Below the pieces are notes generated by a model that searched no databases, was not told the origin of the DNA, and worked only from the letters and a program-made list of their open reading frames with translations. Both the position numbers and the translations under genes were made by a program. DNA of 64,000 bases, taken from assembly GCA_053919585.1 (NCBI GenBank), contig CM132800.1; one strand, given 5' to 3'. The stretch is from Euprymna scolopes. Lineage: Eukaryota. Shown piece after piece: positions 1 to 14,011 of this stretch (position 1 is the first letter of the stretch; each line of letters starts with the position of its first letter).

Positions 1-1525
1 GAACCCATACCGCATAAAAGGAAAACCCTGACATTTTCCTGTTACGACCACCGCAAAACCGGAAGTGACGTAGGTTTTAATTAAGGCTAGACAATCGAAA
101 GGAGAGGATGACTTTCGAAAATATCCGCGAGAAGCAAGCCTCCGTTAGAAAAGTGGCGAGTTTAAGGTGAAGATATTAATTTTTTTAGCCAATGCTTCGA
201 TATTTGTCGTCTGAAAGGTCGAACTTCAAAATGATAATGAGTTTGTAAAAATCCGTCGCCTGTATCGAAAGTTTTATGCATACATGCAAACATACATTTA
301 TACATAAATTCATACATTGATATCTAATATTTTCAACCCAAACCCATTAATAAGCTCGCCCTATATCTGAATATCCTTTATGTAAAATTTCAAATGTTTA
401 GACCAGAAATTGTCTGAGTAATTTGGTAGAGACCGTAGCAAACAAACTTTGACCCCTATTATGACCCCTTAACATTTATTGTGTTGGGCTCAAATTAAGT
501 TATTAAGTAAGATCCATGTACAAGTCACTTATATCTAAAATGTTCAAATGTTTAGACCAAAAAATGACGGAGAAGTTTGGTAGAGCTCTCAAAGGTCAAA
601 TCTTTGAATTTTGACCGGTCAACAGCCAAATTCCTGGAAGAAAATGGATTGTTTTTCTCAAATCTCAGTACCCTGTATATCAAATTTCGAGTATGTAGAC
701 TAAAAATTAACAGAGTTATTGCGAAGGAAAATATACAAGACACACAGAGAAAGGACGTGAAAAAAAAGTGATGTTTTTGCTGTTGTTTTGCAGCCAAACC
801 GGAAGTGACGTAGGTTTAATTAAGGCTAGGCAACTACAAAGATGGGATGACTTTCGAAAACATCGGCGAAAAAAAGCGACCTCTCCGTGTAGAAAAGTGC
901 CCAGTTAAGGGTGAAGATCTTAATGTTTTTAGACAATGTTTCGATATGTGTCGCCTGAAAGGCCGATTTTCAGAACGAGATAGACTTTGTGAAAATCCGT
1001 CCCCTCTGTCGAAAATGTCAGACAGACATGGAAACATACATACATACATTTATATATTGGTAACTAAACATTTTCGACCCTAACCGATTAAAATCCTTGC
1101 CCTATCTCTAAATACCCTCCATGTGAAATTTCACATGTTTAGATCAGAAATTGTCTGAGTAATTTGGTAGAGACAGCAGAGGTCAATTTTTAAAAAAAGT
1201 TGACCCCTATTATGACCCCTTAAAATTTAATGTTTTGGACTCTAGTATAGTTATTAAGTTAGATTCATGTCCAAGAAACATTCATATCTAAATTTTCAAA
1301 TGTTTTGACCCAAAATTGTCGGAGGAGTTTGGTAGAATTCTCAAAAGTCAAATAGTTGAACTTTGACTCCTTAACAGCCAACTTTCTGGCCGAAAACTGA
1401 TCACATAGATGTTCCCAAATCTCAGTACTCTGTATATCAAATTTCGAGTCTGTAGACTGAAAATTGACAGAGTTATTGCGGTGGAAAATGTACACAAACA
1501 CACAGACACACAGACAGACACACAT
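1..1525 (-). mobile_element. Two tandem ~750-bp composite units of non-autonomous Helitron-like repeats (module A 1-320 and 790-1060; module B 325-775 and 1068-1525)
   Basis: 1-320 aligns with 790-1060 and with the Helitron-like copies at 4749-5607. 325-775 aligns with 1068-1525 and, reverse-complemented, with 22862-23170. CA-rich microsatellites lie at the module ends. Confidence 0.7.
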
Positions 1526-2489
1526 ATTTTTTAATTCTCTTATTCACTTTTTTCAGGGATTTCTTAGCTCGCACGTTAACAATTCTCATCCATTGTCGCC
1601 TTCTTTTTCTCCATATTCATATTATTTACTTTTATAAATCTATTGCCATTCTTCTTGTTGTTCTTTTACGCCTTTACCATTCTTTGTTATCCTCCGTTCA
1701 CTTCGCCAATGTCGTATTCTATCACAAGCAAAACTGGATTCTATTTGGTGATAAATTCATAAATAATAACCAAAAAATCATCAACAAAAATAGAGACCCA
1801 CACTATGAGCAAACCACAACTTGCACATTTAACGAACCTTATACTAGCATTAAATAGCCATATTCATCTAGAAACACCACGCAGCATTCATATATCTTTC
1901 GGCACAATAGAGGAGACGATAACTTTTGCGAGCAGTAGGCAATAAAATAAATCACAAAATAATCTTATAAAACACTTGAGATAAGACAATATATAACCCA
2001 AATAAACTGACACTCTAATAGCATGCAATATCAACGGAAAGTCCAACTTATCTTTGTATAAACCACGTTCAATCGGACCAGTGTAGCCCCGGATGCCGTT
2101 AGCAATTTATCTTTTAATGCTTATTTATTTGCACATGAATGACACTTGTACAGAATACGGACTGTACTTAAATGATAACGTTATTATTTAAAACTCCATT
2201 TTTAACATGTGAAGGGAAGTGAGTTTGTAACTATTGTAGAGTTTACTTAACTATTTAATAAACATAGTATTTTTACAAGGAAGTCAGGAATCATGAAGGT
2301 CAAAAGGTCACTCGAGATAAACTGTTTTGGAGTTTAAGGTCGTAGTGACCCAATAGTGTAATGCTCGTTAGTGCTGGGAATTAGGTAAAATTTTATTAGT
2401 TTGAACGTGTTTACATTTGACTTGGAAGTGATTACGTTTCACTTATCTGAAAAGCAAATATAGAGTAACACAGTCTATCATTTCTATAA

Positions 2490-2880
2490 AGTAAACACTA
2501 TGGATTTTGCGTTTAGATTTAAAAATAGATAGAGCCTGGGTGGATTGTTGATGTTGATTTTAGGTAGACGAGTGGTTGCTGTGAATGTTTTGCATGGTGA
2601 CGATAAATTAAATATTAGTAAAGCACTTGCCATAAAAATAACGATAGAAGAGAAATAGACTTGCAACGTCTTTTCTGTGAGAAAAAGATTGCAAGGAGGA
2701 GAATAAGATGTCGCCTTTCAGATTTCTAAGAGGTGCTCAACTCTGTAAAATAAAGAAAATAGTAATCTGCTGAGCTGCTATCAAGATGTCGGAAGTGATA
2801 TATTATGCATTTGAGTGAACTTGAAAATTGTGTCTAACGAAGTTCCAGTTACGTTTGGCAATATAATGCGATATTGGTAA
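2490..2880 (-). mobile_element. CR1-group LINE 3' fragment
   Basis: Reverse complement (ctccttgcaatctttttctcacagaaaagacgttgcaagtcta...ttatggcaagtgc) aligns with the LINE copy at 14240-14430. Confidence 0.65.
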
Positions 2881-4044
2881 TATTTGGTAATGTAGTGCTA
2901 TATATATTCCAAGAGTTTTCCTATTTCTGTTGCAAATTCCAACATTTCCATTTTTTCGATGGAGTGTTTACAATGCTGCCACTAGTCAAATCTGTTGCAT
3001 AGAAACTGGGCTTCCTCTGTTGAGCTTAAACATGTCACACAAATGAGTATAGCGTAGCTCGACGAATGCACAATGTGCAAGGAGTACTGCTCCCACATCT
3101 GTGTTAGTTTTAATTGCTATTTCTATTCTTTTTTTTTTAAGACCAAAAAATGTGTTTATTTTTTGTTTTATTTTTACTTCAGTCGAAGTTTTCAAAAATC
3201 AAGGGGCCCACTACCTTGGGTTAACACTTAAAATCTGTGAGATACATTAATATTCGAATGCTCCATTAAAATTCTTCGTCTCTAAAACACTGTGTTACTA
3301 CAGAAATTAAGAATATAATTGACCTCTCCTCCATTAATCATTTTCATATGCGTTAGGATATCTTTCGTTTTGGTCTCTTTGTCTTACTGGGTTCTAGGAC
3401 TAGAATTTATTTAATCTGGTGGAGTATCCAGCTTCGTGCAATTACCTGAAGTAACATCACTTGGAGAATATGGTAGAGGATCAGCAATGCCGGAGGAATA
3501 TTTACTCTTATTGTTTTTTTCTTCAAACCGGTTATCTTTGAAATTGCCTCCCAGGTGTATTTTTTCTTCGACATTACCAATATGCAAAAATTTTAATGTA
3601 ATGTGAACTAACTTCTCTTGACACAATCCCGTACTTATGATAACGCTATAAACTCAGATAATTATTAAAAGTATCCTCTTATGTCTAAGTGTCAACGGAA
3701 GGAAAAATGTGGCTCACCATTAAAGCGCTCGTGCGTGTGTGCTGTATATGAAATCAAGCTGTCGGTGAAAGGGATGTAAGAATCAAGATGGCTGCATCCA
3801 GAGCTATTATAACTAAGCGGTCTTGAAAAGTGACGGAAAATCTCGCGGCTCATGTACAAAATATTGCGTCGCGACTGCATCAAATGGAAGTCGCGGGAGG
3901 AACGCGGACAAACGGTGACGAGAATGCTTGAAAACGGTTGTACGAAAATGTTGCGTGTTACTGAGTCACTTTGCTGTCTGGCATTTTTTTTTTTACTTTT
4001 TATCCATGCTTTTACAGCAATGATCTTGTTTACGGTGAATTAAA

Positions 4045-4104
<60 letters not shown>

Positions 4105-4250
4105 ATTGCAAAATCTTGTCAGACGAGTGCCACTCTCTTAGACACTTAAATCCATGAGCCCAAATATGACTTCCATCGCCACAGGACCATTTTAATAGAC
4201 AAATGCCTGAGGGAGTATCTGTATACAGATGATGCTACAGTCTTAGCTAA

Positions 4251-4287
<37 letters not shown>

Positions 4288-4684
4288 GGTTAAAAAATGT
4301 TGAGATCCAGCAACAAGCAATAGCAAGATAGCCATCAACAAGTTAAACTGCCGACCAGCTTAATGAGGGTACTGATCTCCCGCTTTATGTTTTTTTTTAA
4401 TCAGAGAGTTGCTTCTCCTAGAAAGGTTGCCTTCACCACGGGTTACGGGAGTCCTCTCCACTCCAGCACACACATACATACACACAAACACACACGGTGC
4501 TAGTTGGCCATTGACCGCGAAAAAGGGTCCATTCACCCTTTGGAAGGTCTTGTTTTTAATCCTTCATGGAGCCTAGCAACCCTCCTTACCAAACAAGTCT
4601 GGTGGGGGAAACATTTTAGTCGCCGGTGACCAGACAATGAGGCAGGTAGTACTGGGTTACATAGTACCAGTGGCATATAACATG

Positions 4685-4748
<64 letters not shown>

Positions 4749-4752
<4 letters not shown>

Positions 4753-5198
4753 CCTGGATACCCGGCGTTGTCCGGGTGTTTGGATGTATGTGTTGAGCAA
4801 AAAAAAATGTGGTAGTAGGTAGGCAGGCTCCAATTGTACCGCGAAAGAGGGAAAGAAGTTGAAAGAAAACGTGACGTCTTTTCCGTTGCGTCCATCGCCA
4901 AAATGAAAGTGGCGAATGTTTAAATCAACGCTAGTCAATCAAAAGAGAGGATGACTTTCGAAATTATTGGTGAAAAAAGCGACGCCTCTTTGTAGAAAAA
5001 TGTCCAGTTGAGGGTGAAAGAATTAATATTTTTAGCCAATTTTTGGATATTTGTCGTCCGAAGTGTCGCGCTTCAAAGCAATACGGATCTCGTGAAGATC
5101 TGTCGTCGCTGTCGAAAGTTTTAGGCAGACATACATACATACATACATACATACATACATACAGATATTTAAACAGAAACGTGAGATTTATATAATAT
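4749..5198 (-). mobile_element. Non-autonomous Helitron-like element, copy 1 of a tandem pair
   Basis: The minus strand ends in hairpin ACCCGGACAACGCCGGGT, then 7 nt, then CTAA|T (CTRR rule). A (CATA)n tract lies near the 5' end. Confidence 0.75.
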
Positions 5199-5199
5199 A

Positions 5200-5607
5200 C
5201 TGGTCTGTGTGCCCGGCGTCGCCCGGGTGTTTGTAAGTGTGTTTTGAGCAAGAAAAAAATAAAGTTGTCGTCGGCAGGAAGGCTCGAACCCGTACCGCGA
5301 AAGAGGAAAAGAAAGTTAAAAAAATGTGACGCGTTAGCTGTTGCGCCCATCGCTAAACCGGACGTGACAGAGATTTAAATTAAAGATAAACAATCGGAAC
5401 GAGGCGATGCTTTTCGAAAATATCGGCGAAAAAAGCGACTTTTCCCCGTAAAAAGTGCCCAGTTTAGGATGGAGTAATTCGTCCGAAGGGTCGATCTTAA
5501 AACGATACTGATTTTGTTAGAATCCGACGCTTCTGTCGAAATTTTTTGCGAGGCATGCATACATACATACATACATTTAAACAAACAGATGAGATTTATA
5601 TTATACA
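5200..5607 (-). mobile_element. Non-autonomous Helitron-like element, copy 2 of a tandem pair
   Basis: Homologous to 4749-5198. Minus-strand 3' hairpin CCCGGGCGACGCCGGG is followed by CCAG|T (CTAG variant). It abuts copy 1 head-to-tail. Confidence 0.75.
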
Positions 5608-6000
5608 TTAGTGATGGGACAGTTCAAATATTTCCCCGATTCTGATACAATTAGCGATTTCAATTTTTATTCATTATGAGTCTCTTAATATTTAACTATA
5701 GTGTTGGTATGTTTTTCCGATTACAGCAAAAATACGTGTTAAATGTGTTATATTTTTTCTAACGTGAAACTACACCAGTGACGGTGGTGATCTACAGAGT
5801 TTAGTATTACAAGTTGTTTGAAAACAATACATATTTATTATTTTATTATTTCTACCAGCATGTGAAGTTTGTGTTTTAAACAAAATTCAGTAAAAAAGAT
5901 ATTCAAAGGAATCGTGTTGAAAATCGAAAAATAGGCACACATTTTTCCGATTTTGATATTCCATAGAGTTCCGACTGTCCGTTTCTGATTCTGACTTATC

Positions 6001-6068
<68 letters not shown>

Positions 6069-6267
6069 CTCCATATAACAACATTTGGAGGGGCATGACT
6101 GCCATCATTCAGAATTTCGAAGAATTATGGTAAAAAATACGAGTGCTGCAGAGTGAGAGAAAAGGCTAAGAATACTCGAGGCGTTGTACATTAAGACAAA
6201 GAAGCCTAAGATAAATAATATTAATTATGAATGCAGCCAAAACGTTTTGAAATGTTTGGGATAAATT

Positions 6268-6332
<65 letters not shown>

Positions 6333-9046
6333 TGTGTGTTTATTAGGAAATATTCTTTCGCATATTTATTTCGCCTTTTACTTATATCAATCTTTTTATT
6401 CAGAAAGCTTGATGCATGTTCAGTTTTACTACAGAGCAAATTAAAAATGGATTCCAAAACATATTTATTCCAGAATCTAAGATTTTAATTAACGCATTTC
6501 TATCAACACGTCTAAATTCAAAGGTGGTGTAAAAAATTAGGAAATTTTAACACGCTGAACACATTAAAGGGTAAGGAGAATAAAATCTTGGAATTTGGAA
6601 TGCGGGCGTTTTAGCATGCCTTTATACACACACACACACACACATATATGTGTGTGTGTGCGCGCGCGTGTGTGATAGACATGTACTTCATTTATATTTT
6701 CTATTAGATGCAATTTATTATTTATTTGCTTGCACCTATTTGAACTTGATTTTGACAATTCCTTTGATTCCTCAATTACAAACGTATTATCGCTATGAAT
6801 GATTTTATTTATTTGTGATTACCTGTTTATAAATCTCGCTTCCTTTGAGAGCAGAGTGAATGTTCTATCTTTTTCTCCCTGTTAATTGTAACCTCGATTT
6901 TTTTTTAATCTTAATATTACTCATTCTCTGTTTCCAATTCCAATGGGTAAAAACCGGTTACTTGGCGCCGAGATGTGTTTTGTTCTTCTGTCAACCTTCA
7001 TCACTGATATTTCATTAATTATGAAAAGCGAATTTCACGAGAATTACTTAACGTTTATGTGATGCCCATTTTCGTGTGAGTGAGGTCAGAATGTTCATCT
7101 CTTTTTTACCTACCTACTTGCTCACTTTCTTTTAATTTTCATTAGTAATATTTTATGCATGTCTCATTTTTATTAGAGATGAGTTAAAATGTAATTACTA
7201 TTATTATCTTCTTCTACTTCCGTATTAATAATCATTCTATTATTATTATTATTATTATTAGTAGTAGTAGTAGTAGTAGTAGTGGTAGTAGTGCTACTAC
7301 TACTACTGTTACGTATTGTTATAGTAGTAGTTATTCAAATTCATTTGAACTTGTCATAGGCCATTTATAGTGAATGTTCACTGGAATATCTGAATTCTAA
7401 GGCAGAAAACGTCTCCAAACATTTTCACTCATTCCGTCTTTTTTTTTCAATTACTATTGTAAATCTATTTGAGTGACCACAAGTATTATTTACAATTGAG
7501 TTCGTGTTTGCAATCGCACTGTTCTTTCTATGTGATTTGAGTAGCTGGATTTCAGTAAACAGGTTACAGTTCACATAGAGATATTGATTTTCCGTTTCTC
7601 AGGCAAATGGATTTTTCAACCCGGACACTTTCAGTGGCGATAATGACCGCTGGTATAATCGCTCTTTGTAATCAGTCTAAAACAGTTGTGACATTAAAAC
7701 GGTTGGTTAATCATGGAATTCTTGGTACATATTCCCCCCACCAGTTTTAGTATTTTTGTTTCGAAAATAGTACATTTTACAAACGAAAATTATATTTTTC
7801 CTAAACTGCTGTTGGTAGACCTTAGTAGGCTTGTTAATTGGTGTCTGCGTTTCATGACTTTTCGTAATAGTCAGCTGTTACGATTGTCTTAATATTTCAG
7901 ATATTGCTATTGTCTCTCTAAAAAAAAAACTAGAGTAATTCAAAGTCCTTACGTACATTATCATTAGGGCTCTGCTAACAGCATATTCTTTTCATTATTA
8001 CGACTCTCGATGATATATCCAACACAGTTAGAAACAGTTTATTAACCGATGACTACATCGCTCTATATAAAAGCATATAAGATATCAACGGATACACACT
8101 CGAGAGTCAAAACAAAAAAAATGAAAAGAATATGATGTTGTCCTAGCTCTAATTATCATATTCAATGTTTCTTTGGATTTGATTTTTTTTGTTCTTTTGA
8201 TGGGACATCCTTTTTGCTAAAAATACAATAGAACTCATGTAATATTTAATTCTTCATTTCATGTCGCTGTTTCGGACTAGAACTAACATAAACTGCAGAA
8301 TAAAGTGGAAGATGAGCTAAGGTCGAAAGAGCCTTGTAATTTTGTACAGAGACATGCTACAGAAATGTATGCGACGCCAGACCTTTGAATACTGCGTTAC
8401 TTATTGCGTTACAAGAATGCCCCCCGATGGCTGCGATACCCATGGATAATATATGGTCCGTTATGGTGTAGTTCTCGAGATAAATGTTTGCATATTGAGG
8501 AGTTTCAATTTAAGTATGACCTTCCATGTCAAACAATTCAATCTATAAGGTGAATCGGTTAACTGACCTTGTTATCCCGTTCGTAGAGCGATATAGCACC
8601 ACGTGGAACGCGTGGAACGCGTGGAACGCCAGGAAAGTGAACAACTCATAGAATCAGTTGATTGTACAAATGTAGCATGAAAGAACAATACAGAATTATT
8701 AACGTAAATACATGGGGTCGATGTAAATAAGCGTCCTCCAGGTTCAAGTACTCTTCACTGAGGTTAGGGTTAGTAATTTATCCCCTCGGTTACTTCATTC
8801 TTCTTGCCCCCTCACAACTATCTTGTACGACATCAATCGAAGCAGAATATTTTTTTATGGAGTGAGTGAAACAGTTTATAAAGTATTTTTCAGTTTCAGT
8901 AGTCTTTCTGTAAATTATCTTTATCTTTCCGTTTTATTATTATAATTGTTATTAAAATTAATTTTTACCAGTCACCTCTCAGGACTTGTGTAGAACAAGG
9001 AACCATCGGAAACTGTTCTGAGACTAAACCTGGCTTACACGTCTAG

Positions 9047-9107
<61 letters not shown>

Positions 9108-10868
9108 GTTATAGTGGCTTGTCTAAGTCTATTTTTAATCATTAATCATAAGATATACTTTCCATATTTTACGTACTAAGCCACACAAACTAAAAATCAT
9201 CTATATAAACACATGTAGTAACACTTGAAAACACAAATTACTCCCAAATAAGAAAAGTTGTGCTCTCTCTGCTATCAGTGCGGGGAAGCCATTAGATGAA
9301 GAAGACGCGAATAGCGTGGCATGCTTTACAAAGAACCGCAAGATAAGCCAGACGAAACCATGTAAAGTCCCGAGAGTTAATGAACAAAAGCAGGGCCGAA
9401 TTTGAAGAGAATATGGGCAGTATTCCGCGCATGTTTGATCAGTATGCAATACGTTTCCAAACTTCATAGAACAGCACGTGTCTTTAATGGTGATATAAAT
9501 TTATCCTACATAATTTGTAGTCTTTCTCCATTTAAATTTACATCTTAAACTCACTGATTTTTCACGAAGTTTTGTTATAATATGTTGATACTAATTTAGT
9601 TGGTTAAATATTCTAATAATGGAATTTAATATTTTTCTATATTTTAGAGCGCCTTAACTAACACCATCCCCAATTGTATGGGATTTTGTTTACACTTCTA
9701 AGACGTTCAACAAAGAACGTTTCATCTCACCGGTCTTCTCGAAAGTTATTCAGGTTCAACTATTTTTAATTGGTAAGTATTATTTTTGTTTTGTCTATGT
9801 ATCATCTTAAATATTTATGCTATATATCTCGGTTTTGAATATTGCAATAAAGCGCACACGGTATTGTAATATTTTCTATTTTAAACTCATGTGTTAATTT
9901 TGCATCTTAAAAAATACTGTGCAGGATGAAATGTATGTTTACAAAAGCATAACAAAATTCCCTCTTAAAAGTGGTATTATTTGTTTAGTTCGGTCTCATC
10001 CCCCACGTCATTGATACAGAAGTGAAATTTAGACTTTTTTTTCATTCATTGTTGTTGAAAAATTAGAAATATACTCTTTTTCATAAGATAAAGGGTTCTT
10101 TTTGAAGTTCCGTATCGATTTCTGATCTGGAAATAAACCTTCTAGGATTTATTAGAGCTCACATAAAGATGGGTTGAGGTTTTAATGGTTAAAATGGTTA
10201 GGAAAAAAAATCATAGATTGGAAACATTAGCTAAATAATGCAGATAGTAAAAATCTTCAGTTTCCATCAACAATATGAGGGAATATCGCATTGAATACCA
10301 TCTATCACCAATGCTTCATCACGATTTTAGAGAGAATCTAATATTTAAAATGATATATTCCATTTAAAGATATTAAAAAGTGAAACTTGAGTTTACTTTC
10401 GGCAGCATCATAACTCTCGTTTCTATTGTACTGTCTATTACTGCCCACATTCTATGAATAATGTTTCTAACAAATAAGGAGGAATCGCTACGTTTTCAGA
10501 ATATGCCTAGTTAGCACGAACTAGTCACAAGATTATGACGTTGAAGATGTATTTTTGTAGCGCTTTACACAACGCGACTTCACGCATTTTTGGAACGATT
10601 TCCATAAAATATGGAATCCTTACTATAAGGAAATGTTATAATAGTTGAAGCCTGAACATGATATGAACGGATATATTATATTTAACTGAATACAAGAACG
10701 GTTTGCTCTTTGGCTAGAGTGAAACAATTTGGCACTCGATGGGAAAGCAATCTGATAAATTTAGGGTAACATTGTTTTCCCCGAAATATATTAAAAAAAA
10801 ATTCTATGAATTGAAACTCCTCTTTCGCTTTTATTTATATAATACTCGCATTTCAAACACTATTCCCT

Positions 10869-10902
<34 letters not shown>

Positions 10903-10994
10903 CTAGAAATGATAATTAATAAAAACTGAAGAAATTGCTCAATACTGTTGTAGAGCAAATATGCGTTTCATTTTTTATTATCGTATCTTTCTGT

Positions 10995-11060
10995 TGAATT
11001 ACATTATTGTTTACGCTACCCGGCCTTTTTTTTTGACCGTCTGTAGCTTCCTCAGACTTT
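10995..11060 (-). ncRNA. Degenerate hammerhead ribozyme motif (inverted partner of 11068-11130)
   Basis: Reverse complement reads aaagt CTGAGGA agctacagacggtc..ggccgggtagc gtAAAC aataat GTA attc. The GAAA junction and stem I are mutated. Confidence 0.6.
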
Positions 11061-11067
11061 CACTGTA

Positions 11068-11130
11068 AAAGTCTGAGGAAGCTACAGACGGCAAAAAACG
11101 GCCGGCTGGCTGAAACAATAATGTAACTTT
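11068..11130 (+). ncRNA. Type I hammerhead ribozyme motif (minimal stem III)
   Basis: Stem I AAAGT/ACTTT; core CTGAGGA (11073-79); stem II AGCTA..CGGC-loop-GCCG..TGGCT; GAAA (11112-15); C-aataat-G; GTA cleavage triplet (11123-25). Confidence 0.75.
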
Positions 11131-13094
11131 AGAGANNNNNNNNNNNNNNNNNNNNNNNNNNNNNNNNNNNNNNNNNNNNNNNNNNNNNNNNNNNNNNNNN
11201 NNNNNNNNNNNNNNNNNNNNNNNNNNNNNNNNNNNNNNNNNNNNNNNNNNNNNNNNNNNNNNNNNNNNNNNNNNNNNNNNNNNNNNNNNNNNNNNNNNNN
11301 NNNNNNNNNNNNNNNNNNNNNNNNNNNNNNNNNNNNNNNNNNNNGAAATGCGAGTATTATGTACTACTAATGTCAGATGCCTATACATAAAAAAAATCGC
11401 ATAGTATTATTAATTTATCACTTTTCCTTCGCATTTTTATATATGCTTAATAATACATTGGCTTCACTAAAAAGCTGTGCAAATAAAGAAATAATTGCAG
11501 TGTTATTCTCAATTTTTTCTCGAAATTGTAAAACCAACTACAGGTCCAAAAGGGAAACCTAGACGGACAAGATAGTGGAATTGCTGTTTCTTTTATTTGT
11601 GGGGGGAAGGCCAGAATCTGTCGATTCCGTAGGCTATGGTTTAAACAAGTTAACTGAATCGAAAACTATTTTACTGTACTTTCTAGATTAATTATAATAG
11701 TAGTTAGTGTATAACACATACAAGAATAATTCAGAGTCATTTCTGTCACTTTTTGTTATAAAATACGCTCATTATATTTATTTTGTGTAATATACGAACG
11801 AAAACTCATACTATGCAGAGTATTTATCTGTTTTTAATTTCGTATGAATGAAATGATTTTAATGCTGGCATTATTTTCACTTGTAATATTCCAGGTGGAT
11901 TTTTTTGTAGAAAGACATCGGATAGTCACAGGAACTACGTGAAGGTTGCCAAAATTCTAAAAAAATAGAATTCTGTCTGTTGAGCAAAGTGTATTCGAAC
12001 TCAAAAAACCCAGATCGTTAGACTTTGGTGTGTACTACTGAGCCAGCATCATTTAATAGACTGTGCCAATAAGGTCGCACTTTATATTCACTTATACATG
12101 AGGCTATGTCGCAGTATAAAAACACTAACGAAAATGCTTTATTCAAAATGGTTATGTACATAAAATGAAACAAATTCCCGGAATTTGATTCCACACAAAC
12201 CATTTATTTTTAAATGAATTTACTCACTAAAGCAATAGTGGTATAACAAGCTATGCATTCAGATATTTATTGTAAAATATTAATTCACATTTTCTCATAG
12301 GCAAAGGTCAATCGGCTATGTTGTAATTCACAAGAGAATAAGAGAATATAAAAGAACGTCACTTTTTCATTCATTTAATTATTATTAAGATAACAAATAT
12401 TATTGTGTTAATATTTGGCCATTTTACCTGTTACTACTTTAAGTAGTCGTCACTGGAGAGATGTCTATCGTCGGATTATAATTATAGCACATTTATATAT
12501 GTAAAATCTTACTAACTGGTGCAAAACCAGCCATTATAAGAGGTTCTAATTTAACGCAAGCTACACAAACACTTAAAACGTTCTGATAAATCACTACAGC
12601 TGTATTATTTCTACCTATATTTAATAATAGAACTTTTATTTGCATAGAAACATAGTCAATTACACATTAAAACGTTCCTATCTATCATGATCTCCGAACA
12701 GGACAGCGATTTAAACCATTTTACGCGAGATTTCTTAAAATAGCGAAGTATTTTAAAGAATCACTATTGTGTTACATAATATAACATGTTAATATAGTTA
12801 TCATATTAAATAATAATTATTTATTATTATTATTAATGAAAATGCTTCACATAGCTATCGTATTGAATAATATATCTCCACAGTAGCTATTGCACAAAAT
12901 AGGATAAACTGTTTAAAATTATATGGTTGGATTAAATAATATAAAATGTAAAATATATGTGATATTAATTAATATAATTTAAAAAAATAAATAATGCATT
13001 ACCAACATTTATTTGAAAATAAAATTACTTGATATAATATAAAACGTTTGAAATGCAAATTTCTAAATGGCGTTGTGAAAATAGACATTGATTG

Positions 13095-13360
13095 TTACAT
13101 AATATACCCTGTTATACCCATCACATAGTAGCACATAGTATGTCATGATGTAACTATTACATAATATTACATAATATAGAATCTCATGCCGAGTGCATAA
13201 TATTATATAATATAACATCTTATATCTATTACATATTATTACATATTGTACCACGATATACATAAATCATAATATTACATAGTATACCATGGTATACAGA
13301 TTAACCTACCATCTTATACATATTACAAAATATTACATAGTATATCATGCTATACAAATA
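13095..13360. repeat. Degenerate 36-bp minisatellite
   Basis: taatattacata(a/g)tata recurs about every 36 nt, which gives the 12-aa periodicity in ORF 13063..13263. Confidence 0.7.
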
Positions 13361-14011
13361 TCTCTAGATTTTAAATGATGTATAAATCCAAAAACGAACA
13401 GAATAAATGATATAGTATTCCTGTTTTTGAATTTCGGCAGTCGCATCACATAGATTAAAAAAAAAACCTAATCGTAAATTGTCAAAACGAACATTATCTG
13501 TAGCACTGAAAATGCTTTCTGGGATAGCATTCCATTTATAGATCACAAAAAAAAATAAACAAAATAAACTATCCGGAAGGCATTTCTCCAATGCAGCAGC
13601 TTTTAATGGAAAAATAAATGTTCAAGACACTTTGGGTAAGATATATTAGTTTTTCTTAGAGATACATGAAAAAAAATAAGGATAGAAAAGAGACACTTTT
13701 CCTAAATGCAGTTTCAACGTGAACGCCATTTTTTTTCATCTCGTCAAGTTAGAGTATGTAAAATCTGTATTTTTTTAAAATATTTTATCAGCTAGAGTAT
13801 TGTTTTCTTTTTTATCATACTTGACCACGCAGCTTTAGGAAAATCTTTAACAATACATTCATCATAATTTTGTTTTGGAATAAATGAAATAATTTTTGTA
13901 CACACCTATGTATTGTGAATGTGTTGCCTATATTTAAGTCCGCCAATGTGGTTATAATATTGGTTTGGTTTATTTTTGGGCTTAAGTATGTGTGTTTGTT
14001 TCCTGTTTACA

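Noticed and set aside
4637-6488. ORFs rich in YIYIYI or CVCVCV (also at 22.5-25.6, 34, 37, 41, 51 and 60.7 kb)
   Set aside because: They are translations of (TA)n, (CA)n and (AAT)n microsatellites.
13063-13263. Cys-periodic 12-aa repeat peptide
   Set aside because: It is the reading of a 36-bp AT-rich minisatellite, with no other coding support.
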